Positions 23,075 through 33,741 of a DNA stretch of 64,000 nucleotides are shown piece after piece. This DNA is from Tetramitus jugosus. Its lineage: Eukaryota > Protista > Heterolobosea. Location: the NCBI GenBank assembly GCA_937625935.1, contig OW569368.1:248001-312000 (forward strand), written 5' to 3'. The translations under genes and the position numbers were made by a program. Under the pieces are notes generated by a model. The model made no database searches, had not been told where the DNA came from, and saw nothing but the letters and a program-made list of their open reading frames with translations. Each line of letters starts with the position of its first letter. Within the stretch, counting starts at the first letter, position 1.

Positions 23075-24139
23075 ATGCAAGCATTCATCGTTCCCGGAAA
23101 GATCATCTCGACCAATGTCGTTCGTCGAGTGCACTCACCCGCCATCATCTCCTTTCCCAGTCATTATCAACGACTTTACTCTTCAAACAACAATCTTCAC
23201 AACAACAAGACTCCATCACCCAAATTGACACCACAACAACAACAACAACAAACAGAATCATCATCGAACAACAACAGCAAACAGAACTTATCAACAACAA
23301 CAACAACAATAGAAAACAAACAAAAGAAAAAACTGACCAAGAGTTCAAAAGAATGGCTTCGACGTCAACTCAAAGACACATATGTCAAGGCAAGAAACGG
23401 CTCATCGACTGAACAGTCCAAGGGAATCAAGTACAGATCACGTGCCGGGTTTAAACTACAACAACTGGATGAAAAGCTAAAGTTTGTCTCACATGCTCAC
23501 GTAGTAATGGATTTGGGTGCGGCACCTGGTGCATGGTCTCAATATGTGGCCAAGTTTATGAGAAAGGGAGGTGTGCTCGTATCGGTTGATTTGTTGCCCA
23601 TGGAACAGTTTGTGAAAAAGGAGGATTTGGGTCAGTTGAGAAGACATGTGACGATACAAGGTGATTTTACAATGGAGGAGACACTGGATCGGATCCATGC
23701 GAGTTTGAATGAGGTTGATGATCAACAACAGGGATCGACAACGACTCACATTCAAGCAGATACCATTCTGAGCGACATGGCACAGAACACGACAGGGAAT
23801 CAATCATTAGATCACGGTCGCATCATGCAACTGTGTCACAGTGTGGTGGACTTTGTGGAGAAGGGAGCACTGAAGCCAGGTGGTACTCTATTGATGAAGT
23901 TTTTTGCAGGTCCAGAGGAAATTGAGTTGCGCAATCGACTAAAGGCACTGTTCACCGCTGTCACATCTGTAAAGCCTGACGCATCAAGACAGGACTCCTC
24001 CGAAATGTACCTGTATGCAAGGAACTATCTGCCACGAAAATCGGCCCCAGAGGATAGCAACGAGGACCCACTGGATCCAAGAGTCGCTGTCAAACAAGCA
24101 AAGAAAAACAATAAGAAAATCACTCCCTCGCTCAAATAA
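23075..24139 (+). CDS. MRM2: RrmJ/FtsJ rRNA 2'-O-methyltransferase, mitochondrial MRM2-like
   Basis: YRSRAGFKL, DLGAAPGAWSQ, ILSDMA, LMKFF and SSEMY supply the K-D-K-E tetrad. The N-terminus is basic/Ser-rich and presequence-like. Confidence 0.88.
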   Translation: MQAFIVPGKIISTNVVRRVHSPAIISFPSHYQRLYSSNNNLHNNKTPSPKLTPQQQQQQTESSSNNNSKQNLSTTTTTIENKQKKKLTKSSKEWLRRQLKDTYVKARNGSSTEQSKGIKYRSRAGFKLQQLDEKLKFVSHAHVVMDLGAAPGAWSQYVAKFMRKGGVLVSVDLLPMEQFVKKEDLGQLRRHVTIQGDFTMEETLDRIHASLNEVDDQQQGSTTTHIQADTILSDMAQNTTGNQSLDHGRIMQLCHSVVDFVEKGALKPGGTLLMKFFAGPEEIELRNRLKALFTAVTSVKPDASRQDSSEMYLYARNYLPRKSAPEDSNEDPLDPRVAVKQAKKNNKKITPSLK

Positions 24140-24187
24140 ATAGCAATAATTTAGTATTACAGTAAAACCAGTACTCTCTCGCAGTGT

Positions 24188-25771
24188 CTAATCTCTTCTT
24201 AATTTAAGTTCCAGAATACTCACATCTCTAGGGTCACCGAAGGGGCAATCATTGACACCGTATGAGTCCACACAGGGATTAAATTTACCATTCTCGAAAT
24301 TCGAAGATAATGCTCTCATCCAAAATGCTCGATCGAATGACTTTAGCAGATAGTACTCGTATTTGTATCGAAATTGGAATTCAGGTTCGATTTTGAGAAG
24401 ATAGTGAACGAATTGATCGAGTTGAGCATGTGTCTTAAACTTAATCCTCTTCTTCCTGCGATACTTGTTCGGATCAAAAGCATCAGATTGATTACTCGTG
24501 TGAGCTGTAGTGAGTACATTTGTTTCGTCATCCACTGTCACTTCATCCTGATTCGATTGAAGCTCTATTCGACTAATTTCAGGAGTTGATTGACTAATGG
24601 AAGGAGGAGTAGAAGGAGATAGAGATCCACCACTCCTTCCAAAAAATGTCTTCTTAAAATCGTCATCCATTAAGAATTCCATTTCACCGTGACCGTTCGT
24701 TCTCAATTTGTTCAAATAGGATCTCAGTGGAGGAGGGAATGCAGAGGACATGTCAATTCCCAGTGCATGCAAACAATCATCAATAAATTGTTGACAGTTT
24801 CCATACTTCATTGAACTATTGTTGTTGCTAGCTCCACTGGTAGTCACATCCAAAGCATTATTGTTGTTTCCACCAGTTTGCTTATACAGAAAAGATGTGT
24901 TCCATTTTACAATACATTTCGCAATTTGATCTCTCACGACATCCAACCGATCCAACGTAGCTATCGATTCTATATCAGCAGCCACTAGTGAAGCATTTCC
25001 CTGCACTGTCCTAGGTATGACCAATTCAGACATGTTCCACTAAAAAGATCATGAATAGAATAAAAACAACAACGTACAAAAACAAATCCAATGTTAAACC
25101 AACCCCAACCTAACAACAACAAAATAATAAATAAGAAAGTCCTACTCGTCATCGAATCATACCTCCAATCTCCAAGCACCAATACACAATGCGATATGAA
25201 CAAATCCAAACGGAGCATTAAAATTATCAAAGCTAATAAACGGAGAAATCAACTTTTTCATATTCTTCTCGATAATGTTACCACCAGTTTCTGATACCAC
25301 AAGTTTGATACGTATATTGTTCTTCATATCGGCATATGGATCAAATTTGTAGTTTGCTCCACCACTCATGGATGAATCCGTATCTTCATCACCTGTTGAT
25401 GCTGCTGTTGCTGTTGTCGTGTCCACCTTCATTTCTTTAATCGATTTTTGCTACAGCAACAAAACCACAAAACAACCAATCATTCTTTTAGTTGCATGCA
25501 AAACCACAAAACATGAGCGAGAGACACACACACATGAGATATCACATACCAATCGCTTTGCTTGTTCAAAATCAGTGTGCAAATAGACAGACTTCAGCTT
25601 TTCGGGGTTACTCAACGCTTCAGCAAACGTGTCCAATTGAGATTCGAGCAGCTGTGAACCGTACATTTTTGTGAGCTTATTCTTCACAATTTGCCTGTCA
25701 GACAGTTGAGAACCCGTGAATTTGTCAAGGTCATTGTTGACATCTGTGGGATTGGAGAAGGAACCACCCAT
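24188..25771 (-). CDS. N-myristoylation-motif protein with a permuted papain-like (PPPDE/LRAT-like) His...Cys signature, 3 exons (introns 25549-25451, 25162-25040)
   Basis: The spliced product starts MGGSFS and contains FGFVHIALCIGAWRLE|WN and YGNCQQF. Both introns are GTATGY...TAG, phase 0. Confidence 0.7.
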
Positions 25772-25945
25772 GATATTCTGAGAAGAAGAATGCTGTTTCG
25801 AGATTTGTTGTTGTTTGGTTTTATGGACACCACAAACAATAGTTCGCCACACAGTTATTTTTCGAACTGTGGGCGGACAAATCAAAAGAGGTGCTTCAAT
25901 CAATCACCACCAGGAAAAGCAGAAGACAACAACACACTTGAGATC

Positions 25946-26668
25946 ATGCAGATGAGAATGGCAAGAGAGAAGCAACTAAAATCAAAGTCACCATCGTCGT
26001 CGTCATTTTTTGCACAATGTGACTGGTTGACACCAGATTTTCAACATACGTTCTTTGATGAGGCAGTTGTAGCTTATGACGATGTTCGAACGTTGCGACC
26101 AGGTCAGTGGCTCACAGACAGCATACTCACCTTTTATTACTTGTTCTTGACGAATAAAGTGGCGCAAGAGAAGAGCACTCAGAGCATGAGTGCTGATACT
26201 TTTTTGTTGATCAATCCGACGTTGACCTTTTGGTTGAGCATGTCACCTGATTCTGCGCAGGAGATTTTTGGTGAGATGGACTTGTCAAGCAAGGAACTCA
26301 TCTTTATGCCCGTGACCGATTCTGAAGACATGGAGAGTGCTGGATCTGGTTCTCATTGGTCTCTCGTGATCTACAACAAGTCTCAAGACACATTCTACAG
26401 CTATGATTCCCACCACAATCACAATAAAGCTGCTGCTCGTCGGTTGGCAAAGGCTATGGCACCTCTCGTGAGTCAACAGTTCAAGTTTGAATCGAGGCCG
26501 ACTCCACAACAGACCAATGGTGCTGATTGTGGATGCTTCGTGCTCGCCATCACAGAATGTTTGATGAACCATTCTGGTAATGACAGTCAGCTTTCGGATA
26601 TCTGTAGTACCGACGTTGTTGCTGGCTATCGGTCCAAAATATGTAACTTGATTGGAGATTTACTGTAG
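25946..26668 (+). CDS. SENP8: NEDD8-specific protease (Ulp1/C48 family)
   Basis: WLTDSILTFY, GSHWSL, YDS and QQTNGADCG give an intact His-Asp-Cys triad. Compact size. Confidence 0.85.
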   Translation: MQMRMAREKQLKSKSPSSSSFFAQCDWLTPDFQHTFFDEAVVAYDDVRTLRPGQWLTDSILTFYYLFLTNKVAQEKSTQSMSADTFLLINPTLTFWLSMSPDSAQEIFGEMDLSSKELIFMPVTDSEDMESAGSGSHWSLVIYNKSQDTFYSYDSHHNHNKAAARRLAKAMAPLVSQQFKFESRPTPQQTNGADCGCFVLAITECLMNHSGNDSQLSDICSTDVVAGYRSKICNLIGDLL

Positions 26669-26850
26669 TCGATCAACGACCGAACAACAAACAAACTTGA
26701 GTTTTGTTTTACTAAAGAAACCCAAAAGTTACATTTCGACACATGAGCTATGATAATTCACTGAGAAGCTATCCTGTGAACTTTTCTTTGCTCCACGCTT
26801 CTTCAAAGAATCCTCCACACACCAACAACCATCCTCTACTTTTGACCAAA

Positions 26851-29800
26851 ATGTCATTGAATGAAGCAGAAGAGAGATCAACAAGAGATGAGGATGAAGA
26901 TTTCATTGAATCCGAACTAAAGAGAAACGAGAAAGAGTTAGAAAATACATTGAGTTTGCTAAAGGAACTAGAAATGAGTGATGGGCTACCGCTATCTCTA
27001 CTCGGCAACTCTGCTCATCAAGTTAACGCTCCCATAAATCGCAATGAACTTCGATTGAATTTGCATGATATTTATGATAGATCGAATTTGAAAAATAGTG
27101 TTAGTAGGATTCAAGATGGAGGTCAATCTTCGAGTTTATTTTTTCCTTCTCCACACAGTGACATAAGCCAGAATGACATGGGTAACTCAAGCGTAAACGC
27201 TCTGATTCAATCAATTCAAGAACAGATACGAGCAACACAGCAATTGACACTTCAAAATGAACAAGAGAACGTAATGATTAATCAACAGCTTTCCTCATTG
27301 ATGCAGAGGCGACAAAGCACATATGAATCTTCTGGCTCTACTGCCATAAAAGCAACAGATGGTACCGTTACTAGAGGATCAGTAGAGGATGAGGAGTTAG
27401 TACATATGAGATTACAACATCAGAAAGAACTGGAAAAACTAAAGTTCGAACAAGAAAAGATACAACAAGAGAGAGAACTAGAAGAATTGAAACTGTCAAG
27501 AGAGAAGCAAAGGGTTGAGCAGAAGATAATAGAGGAACAACAAGAATTAGATACCTGGAAGCAGAAAATGAAGACACGAAGAGAGAAAGCACAAACAAGT
27601 GGATTTTTGGGTTTTAACCAGAGCAGCTTTAGTGAATCTGATTTGTCGAAGCAGGGGTTTCAAATTTACTTTGATTTTGTCACTGGTCTCTCCCCAAACA
27701 TCAAAGCGGTCTCTCTTGTTTATGCTATTTATGACTGTGAATCTATGGCTCTGAAGACACCAGTTCGAAGAGCCCCGGTGTCAGAAACTGACATCATGTT
27801 GTTTAACGCCTCAGAAGCAGAAGAGTCAAATCTTGAACGACAGAGTATATTTCTTGTAAGGCGCCAGTATCCTAGAGAACTACTCAGTATCGCAAGGCCC
27901 CTTAAAATGATCTTGGAACTATTGTCTGTGACTAATACATCTGTACCAAATGATCCATTGGTCGTAAGTATAGGATGGAGCGTTATAGAGATAACGAATG
28001 ACCAATATTTTTTGAATGAAGGATGTTTCCGGTTACCACTCTTTGCTCCACATGTGGATACGTCGCTGAAACCCAACCAACTCGATCAGTATTACAAGCG
28101 ACTACAGTCCGCACTCTTTGTTCGTATAGTTTCTCCAGCGAATTTTCGACAGATGGAAGCTTTCCCAGTTTCTTCGGAGACTCAATCCAAGTACAAGGTC
28201 CCAGATAGTTTTTCAGTGCCAAAGTTTGTTACTGGGAAAAGTTCGAGTAGAGCTTCCACTCCATCTGAAAAGAAGAGTATCCTGTCTCGTCCAGTTGAAC
28301 CCGATGAGACAAAAACACCAACGGAATTGATTTCGAGTGTTCAGTCAAATCCAGAAATCTCAGTGGATCTGAAAATCGATGACCCTCAAACAATTGAGCC
28401 TATTCCTCTTGATGCCCAACCAGACACGGGAGAAACCGCTGTCGACTTTCAACGGACAGACTCAGTTCAGTCATCTCCAACTGACACACTCAATTCCCCA
28501 ACAATTATTTATGACTCGAGCTATGGAATAGGAGTTCAAGTGCAATCATGTACCAACTTACCACAGACGCTTGGAGCAGACAAACAATTTTATGTTAAAG
28601 TTGATTTACTGCATGGATCAGAAGCAGTGGAAAGGAAACATAGTCAGAGATATTTTTCTTGGGAGACTACAAGTTCAAATATCGAAGATAGCAGAGCAGT
28701 AACCTGGGAACAGCAAATAGTTTTTAGTGATTTTCAGTATCAGAAGGATGCCAACATTTTACTGAGTTTGTTTATGAGAGCTCAAGATTCAGGACAAAAG
28801 GAGGAATCAAGTAATCATGGCGATTGTACTGAAAACTCGAGCGTGTTGCTCTATTGGAAAGTGTTACCCTTGTTTAAGTTAAAATTTGAACGCAATGAGA
28901 TGATTGTTAATTCTGGGCAGTTTCACTTGCGATTAGACGAGCCGCCATTGGATATTCAGAGTGTATCATCTAAACAGATTAGTAATTATGACGATTTACC
29001 GATCATCGATGTATTCCTCTCTAATAGTTCAGATAGTAAACCTTTACCTGAACTTTCACCTGATAATCGAACAACCATCGATGTTCAACAGAGATCAGGG
29101 TTAGTTGTTTGTATAGATCGAGCTGATCATTTGCCTGAAAATGTTCTTTTCTCACGAATATTAGTGGGATATTTTTCTTCAAATTTTGATCCTTTGTGTG
29201 GATATGAACCTATTCTTATGCAACCTGATAGTTGTTGCTTAGAGCCTGAGTATGGTTATACTCGCGATTTTGTCTGGATCAGTAAGAGGATTCGAGATCA
29301 GGACACAAAAGATATTGATGAATTTCGAAAATCTGAATTTTTGAGTGGTACCATCATTGACGATGAATTTTATGTAATTATCCAAATGGAAACCGTTGAT
29401 CCAAAAATGCAGAAGAGGGATGTGGGGTATGCAGTTCTTTCGCTTATATGCGATAGGACAAGCGAGGAAGGTAAAGACACTGAGAAGACGATTCAATATG
29501 GACAATTTAAACTTCCACTACATACTATGCCGTTCCCATGCATCAAAGAGCTCAGAGATGGTACATACAAGAACTCACCTCAACTACCATGTAGTTCCCT
29601 TATGGTCCGAGTGTGTAAGATGACGACGGGAGGAAATGGAGCTATTCTGAGACGATCCTCCTTTCCAATCAAACAGTGGCAGGCCTTATATGGATACAAG
29701 AAGGGAACAATATATGAAGATACAGAACCAAGACATCTCGCGAATCGCAAACTTCAAACAACCTTGAAAAACAAAATCTCAGCCTCTTTGCGATGGAAAA

Positions 29801-31101
29801 CGGCTCGAGTTGTTGTTGAAAACTTACAGCAAATCACTAAGGCCAAGAACAAAGAAATTTCTTTCCTTTTTGATCCAATGTCGGTTGAGAAAGACCATTT
29901 GGGAAATCTCTCCACCGAGATGGTGGCGAAGCGAATGAAAACACTCTTTTTGAAGGACTCTGCCTCTGCAGGGTCGTCACTTCTCATAACACCCTTCATC
30001 GATCAAATTGGATGTATTCTTATCCCTGAATGTCTGTTCATTGAGGCCAAATATTACCAACCGGGAGTTATGTATTTCCTTGTAGTAAAGGTGTTTCTCG
30101 TCAAAGATGAAGCTAGAAACACATCAAATCCTGACTATGTTCAAATGCACATCTCGGAGGAAGTCGATTGGACTGAGTCAAGAATGGGTCTAATAGTCTG
30201 GAGGCGAAAACCGATTCTTGTGTCTCATGCTACAAAGAACTATCCTATTTCTAATATTGTTGTCGAAATGACCATCCAGTACTATAGCAACAGCAAAGAA
30301 ATGCTGCAGCATGTATTTCCTATTTCATCCGTTGTCGATACATCAAAGGAAGCTGCAATTCGAAGGAATACCGCACTGTCGAGAGGTACTACTTCCAAGG
30401 GCATCAAAAAGTTGGCTCAGATAGTTCTGGGTAATCGAAACCGAATGAAACACCGAGAGGCAATGGAAACCATGACGCCCGAAGAACTTAGAAGGTCATA
30501 CCAAGGAAAACCAATGAACACATTCTTGAAACCATTGACTCGATCAGGAAGATTATCTTCTCGGAAGTCCAATGGATTAAAAACGCTCGGTTGGACACTA
30601 TTCTCTGCTCTACTGCCGGGAAAAGAAATAGGAGCCAACCCTTACTTGTTTACGAAATCTGGTAGGTTTTTGTCTCCGTTGATTCCAGGTTCAATTCCTG
30701 CGGATGTCTACCCTTCTCTGCTTGCCGATAAGTTTTCTGTTCAAAGCGTGATTGCAAAACACGAAACCAAAGAACCGGTTGGTGCTGTATACTTTGAATG
30801 CTTCGATGCTCAACGTCAACATGAATTCGATTGGTTATCAAAACAAATTTTTGAGGAAGGAAACTTTAACTATTTATCAAAACTCCACAAGCACATGCCA
30901 ATTAACCATGCCAACCTGACTCATTACATCAATCTGGTGGACATGTGTAAACCTACGGACTATGAGGAATTTCTTCACGAGTCATTGATAGATGCTTGTG
31001 AGGTGTCAAGAGACAACCTTGAAAAATCGCAAATTGTTTATGCAGTGCGAGATCAAGTATTGAGACAGTGTTACGAATCTCTCCGATCAACATTGCTCTA
31101 G
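26851..31101 (+). CDS. Large coiled-coil + multi-C2-like domain protein (CCDC17-like, probably cilium/flagellum related)
   Basis: An N-terminal coiled coil followed by GFQIYFDFVTGL, GWSVIEI..LNEGCFRLPLF and further C2-like units (GQFHLRL, YGQFKLPL, LGWTLF..SGRFLSPL). Confidence 0.6.
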   Translation: MSLNEAEERSTRDEDEDFIESELKRNEKELENTLSLLKELEMSDGLPLSLLGNSAHQVNAPINRNELRLNLHDIYDRSNLKNSVSRIQDGGQSSSLFFPSPHSDISQNDMGNSSVNALIQSIQEQIRATQQLTLQNEQENVMINQQLSSLMQRRQSTYESSGSTAIKATDGTVTRGSVEDEELVHMRLQHQKELEKLKFEQEKIQQERELEELKLSREKQRVEQKIIEEQQELDTWKQKMKTRREKAQTSGFLGFNQSSFSESDLSKQGFQIYFDFVTGLSPNIKAVSLVYAIYDCESMALKTPVRRAPVSETDIMLFNASEAEESNLERQSIFLVRRQYPRELLSIARPLKMILELLSVTNTSVPNDPLVVSIGWSVIEITNDQYFLNEGCFRLPLFAPHVDTSLKPNQLDQYYKRLQSALFVRIVSPANFRQMEAFPVSSETQSKYKVPDSFSVPKFVTGKSSSRASTPSEKKSILSRPVEPDETKTPTELISSVQSNPEISVDLKIDDPQTIEPIPLDAQPDTGETAVDFQRTDSVQSSPTDTLNSPTIIYDSSYGIGVQVQSCTNLPQTLGADKQFYVKVDLLHGSEAVERKHSQRYFSWETTSSNIEDSRAVTWEQQIVFSDFQYQKDANILLSLFMRAQDSGQKEESSNHGDCTENSSVLLYWKVLPLFKLKFERNEMIVNSGQFHLRLDEPPLDIQSVSSKQISNYDDLPIIDVFLSNSSDSKPLPELSPDNRTTIDVQQRSGLVVCIDRADHLPENVLFSRILVGYFSSNFDPLCGYEPILMQPDSCCLEPEYGYTRDFVWISKRIRDQDTKDIDEFRKSEFLSGTIIDDEFYVIIQMETVDPKMQKRDVGYAVLSLICDRTSEEGKDTEKTIQYGQFKLPLHTMPFPCIKELRDGTYKNSPQLPCSSLMVRVCKMTTGGNGAILRRSSFPIKQWQALYGYKKGTIYEDTEPRHLANRKLQTTLKNKISASLRWKTARVVVENLQQITKAKNKEISFLFDPMSVEKDHLGNLSTEMVAKRMKTLFLKDSASAGSSLLITPFIDQIGCILIPECLFIEAKYYQPGVMYFLVVKVFLVKDEARNTSNPDYVQMHISEEVDWTESRMGLIVWRRKPILVSHATKNYPISNIVVEMTIQYYSNSKEMLQHVFPISSVVDTSKEAAIRRNTALSRGTTSKGIKKLAQIVLGNRNRMKHREAMETMTPEELRRSYQGKPMNTFLKPLTRSGRLSSRKSNGLKTLGWTLFSALLPGKEIGANPYLFTKSGRFLSPLIPGSIPADVYPSLLADKFSVQSVIAKHETKEPVGAVYFECFDAQRQHEFDWLSKQIFEEGNFNYLSKLHKHMPINHANLTHYINLVDMCKPTDYEEFLHESLIDACEVSRDNLEKSQIVYAVRDQVLRQCYESLRSTLL

Positions 31102-31113
31102 AGTTGTACTTTA

Positions 31114-33519
31114 TTAACTATCACTCGACATACTTACAACATCGCACATATCGCTGCAATCTTCGTAGCAAAGGAGTTGGTCAGATATTTGTTCGTAATC
31201 CTCAACCACAGAATCATTCACCCATTGGTCCTTGTCAAGAAGAACATCTAAGTTGCCAACATTTACCTTTTCAATGTCACTTTTCATGACACGAGCACAG
31301 CTCTCAAGTTGTTGAATATGAAATGAGAACTGAGGACTTGGGTCTTGAGAAATATAGAACTCCAAATATTTGGCAATTATCGAGTACTCTTTCTCAAATT
31401 GGACAACGATGCCACTTGAGGTATTTTGATTTGTCATTGCGAAGTGCAATTCCCGTATGTGACGAGTCTTAGTTAGTAACTTACCAAGACCAAACTCGCG
31501 TATGCCTACAGGATCGAAACTGTGTCTCAACAAGTAACTCCATAACTCTTTCAACCTAGCCCTAGTGTTCCCATCTTCCTTCTGACAATAACCTGTACAT
31601 AAAATCAGGGCTTGGTGCAATTCGGGAGTCAATATCACGAATGATTTCTTTCCATGTATCTCTGTATCAATAATATTGACTAGAATTGAGTCTGCACATG
31701 TATATTTCATTCCAGATCCTCGACCAATATATTCAAATTCCTTGCACAAAATTAATTGCTCAAGCTCATTCTCCCAACATTTTCTCAACACGGCCGGGAT
31801 ACGGCTCGAATGCATCACAATCCGGTCCAAACGCAATTTCTCATCGTTCAGTGGAGTCACTAACTGAATGTTGTCCAAATTTCGGATCGAGTAGGCTTTG
31901 GAGTTCTCCATATTTGAGCTGCAATTCGCAAGAATTGAATCATAAAAGTGCAGCTGCTTCAGATTGGGGAACATGGTCTTCAATTTATCAATCAGCTCCT
32001 TGTACGTAACATCGTCGGAGAGTAATCCTATGGTCAGATGATTAACACAATCATTCGTCCACTGAGTTGCTTCTGTGGGAAGAACCATGTTATTTAATTC
32101 TAAACACTCCAGCTTCATAGCAAACCCGAGAACACGACCAACCAGATCAGTATTACAATTGTTGAATGATATCTCTCTCAAGTTGTCAAACACACCTGGG
32201 AGGATGTCTGCCACATGAGTTACATTCGGAACTATTCTACCCATGCCCCTACCGAAACACGTAAGTTTTAGTGAAACTATGGCTGGGCAGTTCAAATAGA
32301 AGACAATATCATGTACTTTCTCATTCAATTCTAAATGAACCAAAAAAGGCATTGTTATCAATGTTCTTGTCATTCTCCTGATGTCACTGTCCCCCGCCTC
32401 ACTCAACAGTGTTACAGCCTTGATGATCAAATGTTTGATCGTTATGGTTTCTGAGAGAATCCTGTACAGATCCGTCCAACACAACTCGATGCTTGACAAT
32501 TCCAATGATTGAACCCGTGAGAGCAAATGAGATATGATATTCTCTGTTCGCATAGATACTCTACCCACCGGTGGATAGGAATTGACGGATTCCAAACTGA
32601 CTGCACACTCATCTTCCTCTTGTCTCCTCCGTACCCAACTATCTCTCTCCGATAATCCCGGTCGATGATGTTCGTCGTCCAACAGTGCACTCCTCTCATT
32701 CTTCAATCGTTTTTGTTTCGATAGGACATCCACAAAGGGGAAACGATTGCTCTCATCCTTCACAAACCGAACATTCTTCAATCGAAAGGGTTTAACTCCA
32801 GAGTGTACCGAAACAATTTTCATGTAAGAATTGAGAGCTTGAATCAAAAAATCGATCAATTGAGTTGCTAATCCGCCGATTTCCTGACTGAATAGAGGAT
32901 GAGCGTCGATTGTGTTGTCGTGATCCTTGCTCGACGATTGACTCTGATGATGCATTCGACTACGATGAACAAACGTCAGAGGTTTCGTATACGGATGACC
33001 CTTGTTATTGTTGTTGTTGTTGTTCTTGTTGTTGTTATTCTTATTGTGACAAACGATCAAGTGATTCTTCTTCTCACGGCGCTCAGACACACAACCTAAG
33101 CGATGCTTCTCGATCACATCATTTTCATCTCCGTCATCCATCATCACATCTTCTGTCTCAGTATAGCTGCATGAACAGCAAGTGCTTGTCACTGTATCAC
33201 TCAACACATTGGCCTGACCAAGCTCGTTGTTTCTGGCCAGAAATATGGACGGTGTTGAAGTGACTATTGGGTTCATGACCGTGTTTGGTTGTTGTTTCTT
33301 GGTATCCCAGTTGATCTTCAGTGGATCAAATGTGAGTGAATGGTTCTCCCATGCCACACCTTGTTCACAGACAATACGATGAAAAGTTTTGCATGTTCTT
33401 GCAAAACTCATCACTGTCATTGTATAGTTCTCCTCGTCCAAGAAGGAGAAGATGTAGAGGTACAGTAGTGCGTCATGGCACACTCCAGATCTTCCTGTTA
33501 AATCTTGCATGTTTTTCAT
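31114..33519 (-). CDS. F-box / LRR-like protein
   Basis: An F-box-like N-terminus (LLYLYIFSFLD...FARTCKTFHRI) followed by LRR-like repeats (LVHLEL, LREISF, LECLEL, FPNLKQLHF). Confidence 0.7.
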   Translation of the reverse strand: MKNMQDLTGRSGVCHDALLYLYIFSFLDEENYTMTVMSFARTCKTFHRIVCEQGVAWENHSLTFDPLKINWDTKKQQPNTVMNPIVTSTPSIFLARNNELGQANVLSDTVTSTCCSCSYTETEDVMMDDGDENDVIEKHRLGCVSERREKKNHLIVCHNKNNNNKNNNNNNNKGHPYTKPLTFVHRSRMHHQSQSSSKDHDNTIDAHPLFSQEIGGLATQLIDFLIQALNSYMKIVSVHSGVKPFRLKNVRFVKDESNRFPFVDVLSKQKRLKNERSALLDDEHHRPGLSERDSWVRRRQEEDECAVSLESVNSYPPVGRVSMRTENIISHLLSRVQSLELSSIELCWTDLYRILSETITIKHLIIKAVTLLSEAGDSDIRRMTRTLITMPFLVHLELNEKVHDIVFYLNCPAIVSLKLTCFGRGMGRIVPNVTHVADILPGVFDNLREISFNNCNTDLVGRVLGFAMKLECLELNNMVLPTEATQWTNDCVNHLTIGLLSDDVTYKELIDKLKTMFPNLKQLHFYDSILANCSSNMENSKAYSIRNLDNIQLVTPLNDEKLRLDRIVMHSSRIPAVLRKCWENELEQLILCKEFEYIGRGSGMKYTCADSILVNIIDTEIHGKKSFVILTPELHQALILCTGYCQKEDGNTRARLKELWSYLLRHSFDPVGIREFGLGKLLTKTRHIRELHFAMTNQNTSSGIVVQFEKEYSIIAKYLEFYISQDPSPQFSFHIQQLESCARVMKSDIEKVNVGNLDVLLDKDQWVNDSVVEDYEQISDQLLCYEDCSDMCDVVSMSSDS

Positions 33520-33741
33520 TCAATACACTCGAGACCTATGAAGTGAGGTTTGTTTTTGAAGTTGTCGATAAATCAAGAAGTTACTGGGGAGAATTTTTGA
33601 TTTGGTTGACCTAATTTCGGGTTGGTTTTTGCAGCTCTTGTTGAAGGTCTGATTTAGAATCGCTGACCAGATCCAACTGATCAGAGAAAACAAGAACGAC
33701 TAAATTGTCATCCAGTACTTCTTCCAACACTCCACAGCAAA

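Noticed and set aside
25691-25945. Upstream extensions of ORFs from TTG/GTG starts (SENP8, MRM2, GP63, ATG5, CCDC17-like)
   Set aside because: They are artefacts of prokaryote-style start calling; they overlap promoters or neighbouring genes, and downstream ATGs have the typical A-rich context.
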